Assembly (NCBI GenBank): GCA_010093815.1
Contig: ML996570.1
DNA: 64,000 nucleotides
Strand: one strand, 5' to 3'
Source: Pseudovirgaria hyperparasitica
Taxonomy: Eukaryota
Shown here: positions 36,932 to 50,389 of the stretch, piece by piece
Layout: every line of letters starts with the position of its first letter
Numbering within the stretch: position 1 is the first letter of the stretch
Made by a program: the position numbers and the translations under genes
The notes under the pieces: generated by a model
Told to the model about the DNA's origin: nothing
The model's input: the letters and a program-made list of their open reading frames with translations, nothing else
The model's database searches: none

Positions 36932-37958
36932 CCGAAGGTGATTCGCTCCCACCAAAAGCCCCCTTCACCCTCTTTTCTTTCATGTAACGCGCGTCATGTT
37001 TCATATGTATACGCGACGATATGGCAAAGGTAGCGCAGGGCAAGAAAGGAAATAGAACGCACGCTGCTATAAGGCGTAGGAATAGAACACTCTTTACAAG
37101 CTGCTGTATTTCCGTCGTGGTGACATGGAATCCTTTCGTATAGCACCGATGGTGTCAAGTCGTGAAGCTTGCCGCGCGGTGTTTGACAATGTGTCTTACT
37201 AATAGCCATCTTGTGCCCAGTCATCAGATGGTACTGACTCGTGATTCGCATTCCTTCGTGTGTTTGAGACTATCGCGGATCATGGGACGAATCGTCTGTA
37301 TGTGGTGTGTACGGTAGTAGAGTAGAGCAGAGCAGAGCAAAACAAATGACCGGTACCGTCATTGTGTCATATTGCCTTCTCTTCCCTTCTGCTTCTCTTC
37401 CCCTTCTATCCCCTCCCACCTTTCAAAGCGCCCTCTATTCCATTCTCTCTCTTTCTTTTCCACTTTCTCCTTCCCTTCTCCTTCCTTCATACAACGCATC
37501 ATCCCACATCGGTCTTATCTACCGCTAGTACATACCATCCTTCATTTCAACCTATAGCTCCGCCGTAGCCCTCACACTGCTACGCTTTCGACGGTGATGA
37601 CAACGATGGCGGTGACGCAAACGAAAGAGATGTCAGAGATGATACTCACGCGTGTTAACAGTCTCTTGTATGTTTGTGTAGAACACACTTGACTAGGAAG
37701 TTTGTCTAGAGCTAATAAACCCATGAGTCGTCATGGACATGAAACCCTCGTATACACTCTTCTCGTAGACACGGAAAAGGGGGAATTACGAGAGAGCGAC
37801 GTGACATGACCACACTGGTTTCTGACCGGACAAAACGATTTAAATATCCCTCCATGTATTATTAGTTCTTTTTGATATTGAAAGACACATTTGGTAACTA
37901 TTGTAACATTTCTAACGCTTTACATACAATGTGTAGTTGTGGTAGCATTGCAAAAGAT

Positions 37959-40900
37959 CTATAGCACTCGGCCAGCAGTGGAAGCAGTACTGCGATCCTT
38001 TGTTTCAACTTTGCGTAAACCCTTTCCAGCTTGGATCTGTCCGAGAAGAGCGCCACGGTCTTGTGCACCAATGGCGGGTCGAGCCCCTCCAGTCGGCATT
38101 GGCGGTGGGGGAGGAGGCCCAGGCGGACCACTCGCACCTGGCATCGGAGGGGGAGGTGGAGGTGCAGGAGGTGGAGCCGCACCGGATGGCATTGGAGGCG
38201 CTGGAGGTGGAGCGATTGGGGAAGAGACAGATGGGCTGTCAGTACGTGAGCTCTTGTCGTCCATGGCAGATAGTGGTCGCGGCGGTCCCATTGTCCCGAA
38301 CAAGATAGAAGCAAGCTGTTTGGCAGAACCTCCCGTCGGACGGTCATCATCATCGTCATCAGATGAGTCGTCCCCAGAGTCAGCGGCGGACCAGTCGTCA
38401 TCGTCTTGTCGACCACGAGTCATACGAGCCGGAGGACCGGTATGCACGGGAGCCTCAGCAGCTTTCGCAGCGTTCTCCTGTGTCAGCCTAAAGAACGGAT
38501 TGGTTGACACCTCTGGTACTGCCGCTGGAGTAGCCTGCGCAGTGTTGGCATCGTTCGCCATCTTTTTGAGAAAAGGATTCTTTGTCTCAGTGTCGGCTTT
38601 GACTCCAGGCGGTGGGCTAGCAATGATCGACACCGGAGGACTAGTGACAGTTGAGGATGGCGTGCTGGCACTGGGCACCGGAGGCATTGGTGGAGCAACA
38701 GGGACGTCTCTTGGTAGTTCTTGACTTGCAGTCGGCGTAGAGTCCTGAGGAGTGATGGCTTGTGGTCCTTCATCGTCAGAGGAATCCTCATCACCTATAC
38801 TTTCAAGTTGCAATTGAAGTTGTCGCTCTCTTTCTCGTGCAGCCTCCAATTCAGCGCGTTGCGCTGCAAGACGAGACTCTTTCTCCTTTGCGTCACGCGA
38901 AGCGGCTTGCTTTCTCCGTTTCTCCTCTTCTTTCTTGATCTTACCTTGCTTGACCTGTTCTTCCAAAGCTCGCAGTCTTGCCTGTGCTGCTTCACGTTCC
39001 TGTGTCAACTCTGCTTCTTGGCGTTTTTCCTCATCCCTGTATACAGAGTTAGCTAAATGCTGTGAACCAAGCTTCAAGTCCACTTACTCTAGCTCGATTC
39101 TTTCCTTTTCTTGAGCATCTTGTTGATCCCTTAAGGCTTGCTCGGCTGCTACCTGCTCGGCACGCTTCTGCTCGGCTTCAGCTGGCTTTGCGTCATGCTG
39201 GGCGACATCGGCCTTGTTCTTTCTTGAAGGTGGTGGCGGGGGTTTCTTTGCAGATGATTTTGAGGCTGACGGTGGAGCAATTGACTCATCTTCAAGCCTT
39301 CGCTGCCTCTCCTGCTCGCGCTTGGCATCTTCTTCTTCAGCTTGACGGATCTTGTCTTCGCGCTCTTTCTTTTCTCGCTCAGCTCGCTGCTGAGCTGTCT
39401 CACCTGGTTTGCTTGGCGCGCGTAGCCCGAGGGCAGCAAGACGTTCAGCCATGCGCTGTTCTGCTTGTTGTTTGATGAAGGCAGCACGCTCTTCGGCAGT
39501 CTTGTATGATGAGTAAGATGAGCCACCGGATGGCGCAGGCGAGGCAGAAGGTTGTGGTGACTCGACCTCACGAGTTCGAGAAGTTTCAGGAGCTCTAGTC
39601 GTCCGATCATCAACGCGCGAACCTTCGTACCGACCACGAGGTTCTCGTGTATCTTCCTTGCGGACTCTGGCCGACCGGGCTGATCGTTGAAGGTCGTAAA
39701 TGAAATCACGAACCTCATCTTCAACGCCGAGTCCGTCATGCCAACGGCGACGCTCATGTTCGCTGCTAGCATCATGGCCTCCCTCCTTTAGACTGTCTTC
39801 CAGGCCTTGGCTGTAAGTTCCAACGCTCTCCTCAACGTCACGGATCATGCGTTCATTGTTTTCGCGTTCCGTACGAATGCGAGAGTTTTCTTGCTCAAGG
39901 CGACGGCCAGCTGCATCAGAATCATCCTCTGGTGCTGGCTTTCCTGTCAGAGCAGCAGACCGGGCTTGCATCATAGCTTTGGCACGAGCCTTGAGACGAT
40001 CTGACTCCGTGACTGCACCTCCAGGACCTGTTCCGATGATTTTTGATGCAGAGCTTGGATTGGCTTTTGCATCTTTGAGTCGGAACAGTTCGAGCTTCGC
40101 TTCAGCGATAGCCCGTTCAGTGCGCCTGACGTTCGAAGCAAGCTCAGGAAGCTTGTCGGTCAAGCCTTGTAGTTGCCGCTTGAGTGTACGTCGTTCGGCA
40201 TCGGAGTCGCCAGATCGCATAGTAGCATTTGGATGGCTGTCAATGTCCTCTTGGATTCGTCGAATCCGACGGTAGAGATCGTCAGCTTCGCGCTTGTCCT
40301 TTCGATCGAGCGCCTCGTCTGCATCTGCACGGTCTTCGTCCTCGATATCCATAGCGTCGAGTAATATCTGCTTCTCACGAATAGTCTTGCGCAATTGATC
40401 AATCGACATTTCTTCTACGGACCTGTCGGACCCAGGCGAAGAAGGTGTAGCCGGAGAAGGTGACCGTCCTCCTGCACCAAGACGTCGGCGAGCACTCGAC
40501 TGATAGCTCGGCATTTCATCGTTGTTACGGAAGACAGTAGCGTCCTTGCGACCACCTTGAGCTGGACTGCTACCACGGAAAGAATGCGTTTTCAAATAGC
40601 TAACACCGGTCCTCTGAGGCTGTAAGAATGCACCTGTGTTCTTGCGTTCTTCAGCATCGCGTGATATCAAGCCTTTCATGGCACCGATTGAATCATTAAT
40701 ATTTTTGGTGGATGGCGGTACGAGTTCCGGGGGAAGACGATTTGGCACTGGATAACCGTTGAGCTTCCTGTAAATCAAGTGCATGGCAACAGCAAATTCA
40801 TCTAGATTCAGTCGACCACGGTCGTTTGAATCGGCCAAGGTCCAGATCTTTTCAAGATCTGGCTTTTGAAGACCACTTTGCCCAAAGATCTCAAGCGCTT

Positions 40901-42342
40901 GCTCGCCGCTGATGAAACCTTTACCGAAACCATCCCAGGCCTTAAACAAGTCGTCGTATATCTTTTTCTCGTCTTTCGTAACAGCCCATGGCACAGTCGC
41001 ATTTCCGGAAAGACCCGCACTCGAGAATCCTCCTTCTCGCCCAGCCTGAGGCATCATTTGTTGGCGCAGATTATCAATGTTCGGAAGACCAGATGCTGGT
41101 GCGTTGACAAGACCCCACTGACCAGGCATACCAGTTGGCTGTGCATTTAGCGGAGCTGTCATGAACCCCGTTTGCTGGGGAGCAAGACCAGAGCCTCCAA
41201 AACCTGTTGGCATCGGAGGCATCGGTGGACGTGGGCCGTCGTAGCCAGTCGCTTGTGGCATACCTCCCAAGAACCCGGTGGCCTGTGATCGAATCCCACT
41301 TTGCTGGTGTCCCCCGAAACCGCTTTGTTGACCCGGGTAGCCCGTCATTTGTGGCACCATGCCTGTCGGTTGAGTTACTAGCGTCGATAGGAGTTGGCTG
41401 TTTGAGGTCTGTGGTTGAGGTTGTTGGATAGTAGGGGGCGTTGCAGTATTTGTACGAGGCTCATCGAATCGAGGCGCATTAGATCGTGGTTGAGCGGCCG
41501 GCGGAGCGTCGTCAGGTACCCCAAAAGAGATTATATCAACCATGCTGGACACCTCGTTCTTGATGCGCTCGGGGAGGCTCGAGGGTAATGCCTTTCCATT
41601 CATCTTCAAGTTGCATAGGTACATGGAGACAGCAAATTCGGGAAATAGTAACTGTCCAGACTTAGTTGTGTCAGATAATGTCCTACAAAGATTAGCAGTG
41701 CAATGAACCAAACGATAGCATATCCAACCATATCTGCGACAAGTCGTCTCCGGAGAGCCTGGACCTCATGAGGATATCCTTCGCTCCATCTCCAGACAGC
41801 GCTTGCGCATTGCCTACTGCAGACTTGAACAACTGCTCAAACTTGGCTTGGTCTTGCGCAGTAATAAAGGACAATCGAATATTCGGGATCTTAGAACCTC
41901 CGCTAGAGCTTGTCGTTGGCAAAGGAGGCTGAGAGGAGGTAGATCGAAAAGAATCCGCCATCTGATTGGACGTCATCCCAGTGGGCTGCGGTCGTTGCGG
42001 TTGAGCGGGTGGCATATTCTGTTGCTGTCCGCTCTGGAATTGCTGAGGTATTTGAGGAACTGGAGGCGGCGGTTGCTGCTGTCCATAATTCTGAACACCT
42101 TGATTCTGATAGCCAGTGTACATAGGCTGTTGCTGAGGAGCCTGCGCTTGCGCCTGGCCTGGAAAGCCAGTATATTGCTGCTGTACAGGCGCTTGTGCAT
42201 ATCCCGTAGGCTGAGGACCTAGAGATCCAAATCCAGTAGGTTGTTGCTGCTGGAATGACTGCTGCATTTGCTGCCCATACTGAGGCTGACCTGGACGCGC
42301 GCTGCTGGCGCCTCCCAGGTAGGAATTTGATCCTGAGAACAT
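37959..42342 (-). CDS. PAN1: Actin cytoskeleton-regulatory complex protein Pan1 (3 exons)
   Basis: QxTG repeats, two EH domains ([42 protein letters not shown]), coiled coil, Pro-rich tail, WH2 motif [23 protein letters not shown]. Confidence 0.96.
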
Positions 42343-42620
42343 TACGGGAGGACGCTGGAAGTGTTGACTCGATAAGCAAGGAGCGGCATCCACAAGGAGA
42401 TGTAGAGATAGGAAACGATAGGGAAGAATGAAGTGAGAGGGAAGGGAAGGGGTGACGAATCGTTGCGGCCGAGTTGGGACTGAGTTGGAGCTCACTAATT
42501 AGCGTCGTCACTGCGGCGCAAGCTGGCTGGGCTTCCAGAAGTTCCGTGTTGGATGGATCTCCCAGGGCCTACACACCTCTCCAGCTTCTTCTCACTTTCA
42601 TAAACATACATTCACTCACG

Positions 42621-42905
42621 ATGACTACTGAACCCAACGGCAGCGCAAGCGACATTTCAAATGAGACAGATTATCTTAAAGTTGGTCGCTACTATCGTAG
42701 AGGAGCATCTGCTCACCAGACGTTTTAGGCCTTCCAAGAGCTCGCTCGAGGCGAACAAACAGCCACTGCGCTTGAGAAGAACCTTTCTGCGCTAGAGAAG
42801 AAGATTGATGAGCTTTTAGCGAAGGCGACCGAAGACGAGAAACTACTACCGACTACCGCGACATCTCCAGAGACCGATACCAGCAAGAAGGAACCGAGCA
42901 AATGA
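42621..42905 (+). CDS. Small coiled-coil protein of unknown function (78 aa; exons 42621-42680, 42729-42905)
   Basis: Intron GTTGGT..GCTCAC..TTTTAG (phase 0); MTTEPNGSASDISNETDYLK|AFQELARGEQTATALEKNLSALEKKIDELLAKATEDEK..SK* shows a heptad pattern. Confidence 0.75.
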
Positions 42906-43095
42906 GCCCCACAATGCTGGTGAGCATCATACGAGTCCACAGAAGTATCAGGGACGTTGCATAGACAAACGGTGACGGTTCTAGTATTGTTACTGGTAGA
43001 TGCATGCTTTGTATACATCACTCAGAGCCGCCTGGGAGTACATGTGCCAAGGCTCAAACGCAGCGCATCCCAAGCTTGGCTATCGAAACTAAGAT

Positions 43096-44333
43096 TTATA
43101 TACCACCTATCGTCGGAGGATGCATTTCCACGTCAAGACCATCGAATATCTTGTCAAGATGGAACACACCATTCGAATCCTTTTCTACAACACCGACCTC
43201 TGTGATGATACCATCGATGAGTTCGGCTGGGGTCACATCGAATGCTGGGTTCCAAATGCCGATTCCGCTGGCAGCAATGCTTACAGTCTCAACAACATTC
43301 AAGTCCAACGAAACGCCATCATGTCTGGGTCCTTTGACGAGCGTGACCTCTCTACCCGGGCGCTCCTCAATGATGATCTGTTCACCAGATTTTGTCTCTA
43401 GGTCAATCGTAGTGCGAGGCGCAGCGACTAGAAATTTGATACCATGATACTTTGCGATGATTGCAAGAGAGTATGTACCGATCTTGTTTGCCGTGTCTCC
43501 ATTAGCGGCGACCCTATCTGCGCCTACTACTATGGCAGAGATACTTTCGCTCGAACTTTTGATTCGCAGTAGAGCCGCCGCCATGGAATCTGTAATAAGT
43601 GTTGCTGGTATCTGGTCATGCACGAGCTCAAAAGCCGTCAACCGTGAGCCCTGGTTGTATGGTCTGGTTTCGGTGCAAAATGCATGCTTCAAGGACTTCC
43701 TGGCGTGTAAGCTTCGGATGACACCGAGAGCTGTACCATATCCTGCGGTAGCCAAAGACCTGTGAGCAGTTATTTCGCAGCTCGATGAAGCATCTTTGAC
43801 AAAACTTACCCAGTATTACAGTGCGTTATAACGCTTACTGTTTCTCCTGCGGATGTAGCTCTATTCTTCAAGATCCACTCCGCGCCATACTGTCCAATGG
43901 CTTTGTTGTCACTGACATCGTCGACAAGCATCTTCTCTGATGCCTTGGTATAAGCTTGTCGCAATGAATCTCCTGTGGCGCCTTGGGCTGCCGCTGCCTT
44001 CTCCACTATCTTCCTGAGCTTCCTCGCAGCATCCGCAAGGTTGACCGCCGTAGGTCTGCTTGTGACCAAGTAATCCAGCCTTTGTTTGATGAAGATCTCC
44101 GCCTCTGGGGCACTGTCTGATAATTCCATTTTGTTAAGCTCCACGGCCAGGCCTAGAGCAGCAACGATAGCTATAGCTGGAGCTCCGCGAGTCCGCATCT
44201 CTTTGATCGCACGCCATGCATCCGAGCTTGAGTAGATGTCATCGTAGACTTCGGTGTGAGGTAGCTTTAGCTGGTCGAGGATTTGCAGCTGGCTGGGAGG
44301 ACCTGGAGTGTATCTGATTGCTTCCAATACCAT
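43096..44333 (-). CDS. MRI1: Methylthioribose-1-phosphate isomerase (2 exons)
   Basis: [86 protein letters not shown]. Confidence 0.96.
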
Positions 44334-45421
44334 GGCGGGCTAATAAGGCTTAGTCGCGAGGGCGATGGGCAGTCAACGGCTTAGTAGTTGCTACTGAGAG
44401 GGTTATCTAGTCATAGAGTAGCTTCGACAATTGGACTTGCGAGTCGCATCTAAGATCGAATTTTTGCGGGATCAAAAGTTGACCTCTAATTACATGGATG
44501 GTGGGGCCAGCAATGACGTGACTGCTAGTCTTAGTGGCGGCTCGATCCGTAGTATGTAAAAAAAGCTCGCATATCTTGATAATCACTTTAGGCTCTGTAG
44601 AGTTGTTTCCACAATGCTTGTAGTGACGACTTCCGAGCTACAAGAGTGCACAGCCGGTATGTGCCTCTTGAGATGCTGTGTAAGCCAGCAAGAGTCCAGC
44701 ATTATTCGTTGCACCGCAGCGCGCATAATACATTTGTGTCGAGTTTGGATCTCTTCAAAATTACGGTTATTTACATATTCATCTGCTAAGAATACACGCA
44801 AGCCTTATCATACACGAAGCCTACAGTTTGCAGCTTGCAGATGACTGTTGCAGGCAGGGGAGTCAGTGGTAGCGTTCGGCATGGATGAAATGCATGCAGC
44901 ACATATACATGTAGCGTTCAAAGCTCGTGTGCAAAGGAGAGATATTCAAGACACACGACACGACTAAATCCTCTCACGATTATTCGCGAGACATAACAGG
45001 CGTCTGGGCTTGGCGTACGTACATGTACTGTTTGTGGTTCGTCCCCGCCGTGTAGTTGCTGGTGATTTGTTGGCGGACTGTGTCCCCGTAGTCCCCACGT
45101 TTTGGAGGATCCTGGTGGCGTCCGGGGTCCCCAAATTGCGGGTTCATCGAGGAACTTCGTCAAGTCTGAGAGGTTGATTGCGAACGCCATCGTCGACATC
45201 ACCAACGGACATCCTCCCGCGCTCAAGGATTTTGGCCTATGACCAGTTTTACTAGATCCATTCTAATCGGGTGGAACGTCGCTGTGAGCGGCCGGCATAA
45301 TGTCTCATAATCGACGACTTCTCACTGCGGGATGCGCCTATTAATACCTCGGGTACCTTCTCCTCATCTAAGACTCGTCACATACTGAGTTCCAGGCTCT
45401 CTGTACAATCAGACGAACATC

Positions 45422-47096
45422 ATGTCGTCTTCTGAGAGAGCCTCCGATGAAGAGACAAAGGTCGGCAACGAGTTGCCGAAGATGCGTGAGCAGACCATTG
45501 GTGCTGACTTTGTGCATCCGGACGCACATTTGACTGTGGAAGAACAGAAGGAGATTGTACGTCGCTTGTCGTTTCTTTGGAACAGTCCGAAACTGACTGA
45601 TAGTACAGGATCGCAAGCTTCTCTGGAGACTCGACATCAAACTTATTCCTTGGGTACGTCCGCCAACATCGTCGCACCTATCCGTGACCTAACGATTACC
45701 GTAGCTCTGTCTCCTCTACCTCATCTCTTTCCTCGATAGAACGAATATTGGCAATGCTAAAGTCGCTGGTCTCACGCGAGATCTCAACATGACGGGTGGC
45801 CAATACAACGCTGCTCTGAGTGTTTTCTTCGTATCCTACTCCCTTGCGGAGCCTCTCACGAATGTACTACTCAAGAAGCTTCGACCAAGCATATTTCTCC
45901 CGATCATCATGGTCCTTTGGGGCATATGTATGACGCTCATGGGCATAGTACACAACTTTGAAGGCCTAGCCGCTGTCGTACGTCCCCCTCGCCTCACTTA
46001 CTCGACACAATCTAACAAAATCCAGCGCTTCTTCCTTGGTCTCGCCGAGGCCGGCCTCTTCCCCGGCGTCAATTACTACCTTAGTTGCTGGTACAAACGC
46101 TCCGAATTTGGCATCCGCGCCGCCATTTTCTTCTCCGCTGCCGCCCTGGCCGGTTCTTTCGGAGGCCTTCTCGCGGCCGCCATTGCGCAAATGGACGGTA
46201 TCGCCGGTCTGCACGGTTGGGCCTGGATCTTCATCCTTGAGGGCATCTTCACCGTCCTCGTCGGTATTGCCTCGTACTGGATGGTGCACGACTTCCCGGA
46301 CCAAGCCACCTTCCTGTCCGTCGACGACCGCAAGCGCGTGCTCGCCCGCCTCAAGGCAGACAACCAGGCATCCGCCGAGCACGAGGAGTTCAAAATGACG
46401 TATTTCTGGCAGAGCGTCACTGACTGGAAGACGTGGGCTTATGCGGTCATATACATGGGCTGCGACGGCGCGCTGTATGCCTTCAGTCTGTTCTTGCCCA
46501 CCATCATCCAGGAGCTGGGCATTGCCGGCTCCGACTCGCCCACCATCTCGAATCTGCTGAGCGTGCCTCCGTACGCGGCGGCTGCTATGTTGACCGTGCT
46601 TGTTGGGTATATTGCCGACAAGACGCGGTATCGCGGATACTGCAATATGGCCGTGTCGCTCCTCGGCATCGCAGGCTTTAGTATGTTGCTAGGCTCCCAA
46701 AAGCCAGCCGTTAAATACGCAGGCACGTTCCTGGGCGCATGCGGCATCTACCCTGCTGTGCCGAACAGTATATCGTGGGCGGCAAACAACGTCGAGGGCG
46801 TGTACAAGCGCGGTGTGACGCTTGGGTTTATGATTGGATGGGGCAATCTGAACGGAGTGGTGAGCAGTAATATATATCAAACGAAGGACGCGCCGCAGTA
46901 TTATGTTGGGCATGGGGTTGTGTTGGCTTATTTGACTCTGTTTTATGGTCTAGGGAGTGTAGTAACACATTTATTGTTACGACAGGAGAATGGCAAGAGA
47001 AGGAGAGGGGAAAGGGACGGATGGGCGGAGGGAAAGAACGAGGCAGAGATGGAATTGTTGGGGGATAAGAGACCGGATTTCATGTATACACTCTGA
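45422..47096 (+). CDS. MFS transporter, Dal5/Tna1 (anion:cation symporter) family (4 exons)
   Basis: DRKLLWRLDIKLIPW|LCLLYLISFLDRTNIGNAK, RFFLGLAEAGLFPG, WYKRSE, GWAWIFILEG, ~12 TM segments, GDKRPDFMYTL*. Confidence 0.92.
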
Positions 47097-47227
47097 AGAT
47101 TAACGAATAACCCACATCTTGTGTAGCAATGTTTACTTGTGCGTATGCATTGTTACATCATCGAACAGATGAGATCTACAGTATGTTACAGTAATTGATC
47201 CATTATACACACCTTGCCGTTGTCACT

Positions 47228-48763
47228 CTATGTGTATGCTGACGGTGCTTTGGCAGAACTAGTCCTCACCGTCAACTTTTCCAGCTGTCCCACATTGCCA
47301 TTCCCAGCCAATGTCCACTTCTCCGCCACAAACTTCTCGTCAACTAGATTCCGCAGCATCCCACTCGCCGCATAATAGTTCAGTATCGTGCGTGCCTCCT
47401 CCTTGTCCAACCCGTTCAACCTCAGCACCTCAACGCCCTGGAGGGATCTAATCACACGCTCATCCGCCTTTTTATAGGGATGCCACCCTTTTGTGGTATG
47501 TCCGTTCTGTTGCGCCTCGATAACCCTCAGACAGTGGGAGAACGTGGGAATATCGCTGGTGCCAGATGCAGTCGGCGCGGCTAGTACCATACCACCATTG
47601 GATAACGTCTGGGCGCCAGAAAGGTGCTCCATGAAGTGTGCGACATGCAGCAGATCGTGAGCGTGGATCGGCTTTAAATCAGGATCGACATAAGCACTTG
47701 GCTTCATCAACTCATTCACGTTATCACATGTGTATAAGATGGGCGGCGTTGTCGGCGACGGCTTTGTGAGTTCGGCCCACACGGCGCGGAAGATGGGCCA
47801 GGCCATTTCGTTGTTCTGGGCGCCGAGGTCGCAGAGGCGCTTCAGAGTCGAGTTGGCGTAGGGGAAGGTGAGGTTCGGATGGGACATGGTTGTCTGCATC
47901 TTCGAGAGGAGCGGTCCATTTGCTGTGGCTAGCTGGGTGAGGAGGAGGGCGGAGTAGGTTTTTTGTTGGTACTGGACGGGCGAGGTATTGGGTACGGGCG
48001 CGTACTCAATACCGGCGTTCACCATGTCTATAGCTATGGGTTTGTTAAGAGACAGTATCAGAGATCTGAGAGGCATAAACGTACAATTAGGGAGATTCAG
48101 AACTATCCACCCCTTGAGAAAGGCGGCGGCAATTGCTTGCAAGAGAAGTGTGCTCTTTCCACATGTCGTCTCTCCAATTACGACAGTCCGCACTGTCTCA
48201 GGCTCAACCCCATCGGTTATGCGTTTGAGAGTATTCACCATCTTGACTGCCGCTTTGGTCATGATCATTGATGGATGCCGAAAATATTTCCATCCCTGAT
48301 TGTGCTTGAAAGCTTCCACCGCTCTTAGTTGATCCACTGTCGAGTCCATCAAACGAACCATTTTGCCCTCAATCTCAAGACTTTCGATAGCTTTACGTTC
48401 CAATTTCGGTATACCGTGAACTTCCAGCGCGTTATCGTTGGTGAGAATGACGGACCTCCTCACTTGGCGCCTCTGATCGCCTCGTAGCTGCATCTTTTGC
48501 CATTTAGCCCTCGCCACTGCTGCCGCTTGCTTCTTCTTCTTTGCACCCTTTCCGGCCGTATTCATCTTCATTCCCTTCTTTGGACTGGATATCACCACGG
48601 GACCAGCCGGCTTCTTCTTCTTCAGAGGGTCTGAAAGGAGCCAAGAACTCGTCGCGAAGGTTGCGGTTTGAACATGCTGTGCACTGGGCGCACCCACAAT
48701 CATAGGATGTAAAGATTGCTTATATGCTTGCAAGACATACGGTGTGGAGAGCCTCACAGCCAT
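47228..48763 (-). CDS. RSM23: Mitochondrial small ribosomal subunit protein mS29/DAP3 (2 exons; intron 48084-48034)
   Basis: Mitochondrial-type N-terminus, LRAVEAFKHNQGWKYFRHPS, P-loop GETTCGKST, IHAHDL, LNYYAASGML, EKWTLAGNGNVGQLEK. Confidence 0.88.
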   Translation of the reverse strand: MAVRLSTPYVLQAYKQSLHPMIVGAPSAQHVQTATFATSSWLLSDPLKKKKPAGPVVISSPKKGMKMNTAGKGAKKKKQAAAVARAKWQKMQLRGDQRRQVRRSVILTNDNALEVHGIPKLERKAIESLEIEGKMVRLMDSTVDQLRAVEAFKHNQGWKYFRHPSMIMTKAAVKMVNTLKRITDGVEPETVRTVVIGETTCGKSTLLLQAIAAAFLKGWIVLNLPNCTFMPLRSLILSLNKPIAIDMVNAGIEYAPVPNTSPVQYQQKTYSALLLTQLATANGPLLSKMQTTMSHPNLTFPYANSTLKRLCDLGAQNNEMAWPIFRAVWAELTKPSPTTPPILYTCDNVNELMKPSAYVDPDLKPIHAHDLLHVAHFMEHLSGAQTLSNGGMVLAAPTASGTSDIPTFSHCLRVIEAQQNGHTTKGWHPYKKADERVIRSLQGVEVLRLNGLDKEEARTILNYYAASGMLRNLVDEKFVAEKWTLAGNGNVGQLEKLTVRTSSAKAPSAYT

Positions 48764-48959
48764 TTTGATAACTGCGAATAGCGAGGGTCATGCGTCCATT
48801 GTCAAATCATGGAGAGGAAGATGATAATTAGCGGGAGTGTCACGGAGAAAAGGAGCTCGGGCCACTACGATCTGAAAATCTAGGATCCTGTCGCATGGTG
48901 CTACTAATAAATACCAACAGTTCTCCCCAAACTCATTTTTGCGCAGAATTTTTCCAATC

Positions 48960-49701
48960 ATGTTTGAAGTTACAATGACAGAGACGAAGCAGGCGAATGG
49001 TACCACCGAAGTCGAAATTGAGGCACATATGAATGGCGACGCTATGGAAATGGACCAAGTCGCAACGGCTATCGACGCTGTAGCAGACGACAACACGGGC
49101 AGACCGTAAGTGCGACTACTCAAAACGTTGATTTCTATGTGTTCATTGCATGCATAGGTCCGTCAACGTGAATAAACCTACACCGTATACCTTCGATCTC
49201 GGTAATCTCCTCGCCTTCGACCCAAACCCTCTACCACATAACATTGACGAAGATGTACTTGCTTCTACTGCGCGCGACTGTGCGCAAGTTCTCATAAATC
49301 AACTTCTTACCACATGCCCTATCCAGTCCACCTCCGAGGGCGTACTACTTGACCTTCCTGCTCCCTCAACACCAATTCCGCGCGAGAAGCCTGTTCCTAA
49401 AGCGAAGGAGCCTACGAAGTGGGAGTTGTTTGCTGCCAAGAAGGGCATCAAAGATAAGAAGAGGGACACCAAGATGGTGTTTGATGAGGAGAAACAAGAC
49501 TGGGTACCGAAGTGGGGTTACAAGGGCAAAAACAAGGATATGGACGAACAGTGGCTCGTAGAGGTTGATGAGAAGAAGGAGGCGGAGACTGGCGTCGCGC
49601 ACGATGCGCGGAAAGAGGGCAGAGCCGAAAGGAAAGAAAGGATGAAGCGACAAGATAGGAGAGAACGGGCCAACGAAAAAAGAGGCGCCAAGAAGGTCTG
49701 A
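48960..49701 (+). CDS. RRS1: Ribosome biogenesis regulatory protein Rrs1 (2 exons)
   Basis: KPTPYTFDLGNLLAFDPNP, ARDCAQVLINQLL, PREKPVPKAKEPTKWELFAAKKGI, WVPKWGYKG. Start may be 48960 or 48975. Confidence 0.95.
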
Positions 49702-50389
49702 AGAAAGTTATCACAGACAGGTATCTCTTGGCATTGAATTCATGATTGAACAATATGTTATATTGGCGTTGGGAGGGCTTCCATACTTCATAGTAGAAGC
49801 ATATACTAAAAGCGTGGGTCCATTAGGCACGGTGTGCATTGGTTGGGCGTTCAGACTTTTGTAGACGGCTGTTCATGCCGGAACAAGATCGTATACTGCA
49901 GATAAATGCGTAACATGTTTTGTAACTTGATGAAGCTACCTAGTGCAGCTATGCATTCTGTCAGGAAATAAATACTTCCTGTGGATGTTGTGTTTACAAG
50001 ATCGTTCTTTCCCACTATAATCAAGCTTCATGGCTTTTATCGGAGTCTATGGTCACCTAGTCGAGTCCTAGAGCTTATAAGTTCAAAAATCCTATCTTAT
50101 AAGTTTCAGTGAATAGTACTAAGAAATGGGGGGCATCCACCTGTTGTGACTCAGCCGAGGAAAAGCTACGATTCGCTGATACTTCACCCCTCGATCTCAA
50201 CCTCTGTGGTGAAGAGCTTGACAAGCGGTGCTAGTCTCACCGTTAAACCGAGGAGACTTCTGACAAAATGCCTCCCTATCACCTCCCCATGTGTCGACAA
50301 CACTCACTTCATTAGGGTTCGTGACAGTTCGAGAAGCAAACATATCTTCGTCGTAGACACCTATGAGTTGTTGAAACCTTACAATCAAC

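Noticed and set aside
37372..37560. Pyrimidine-rich tract with hydrophobic short ORFs
   Set aside because: Low-complexity CT-rich intergenic DNA yields F/L/S/P-rich frames by composition.
37891..38724. 277-aa Gly-rich plus-strand ORF
   Set aside because: Antisense to the Pro-rich C-terminus of PAN1.
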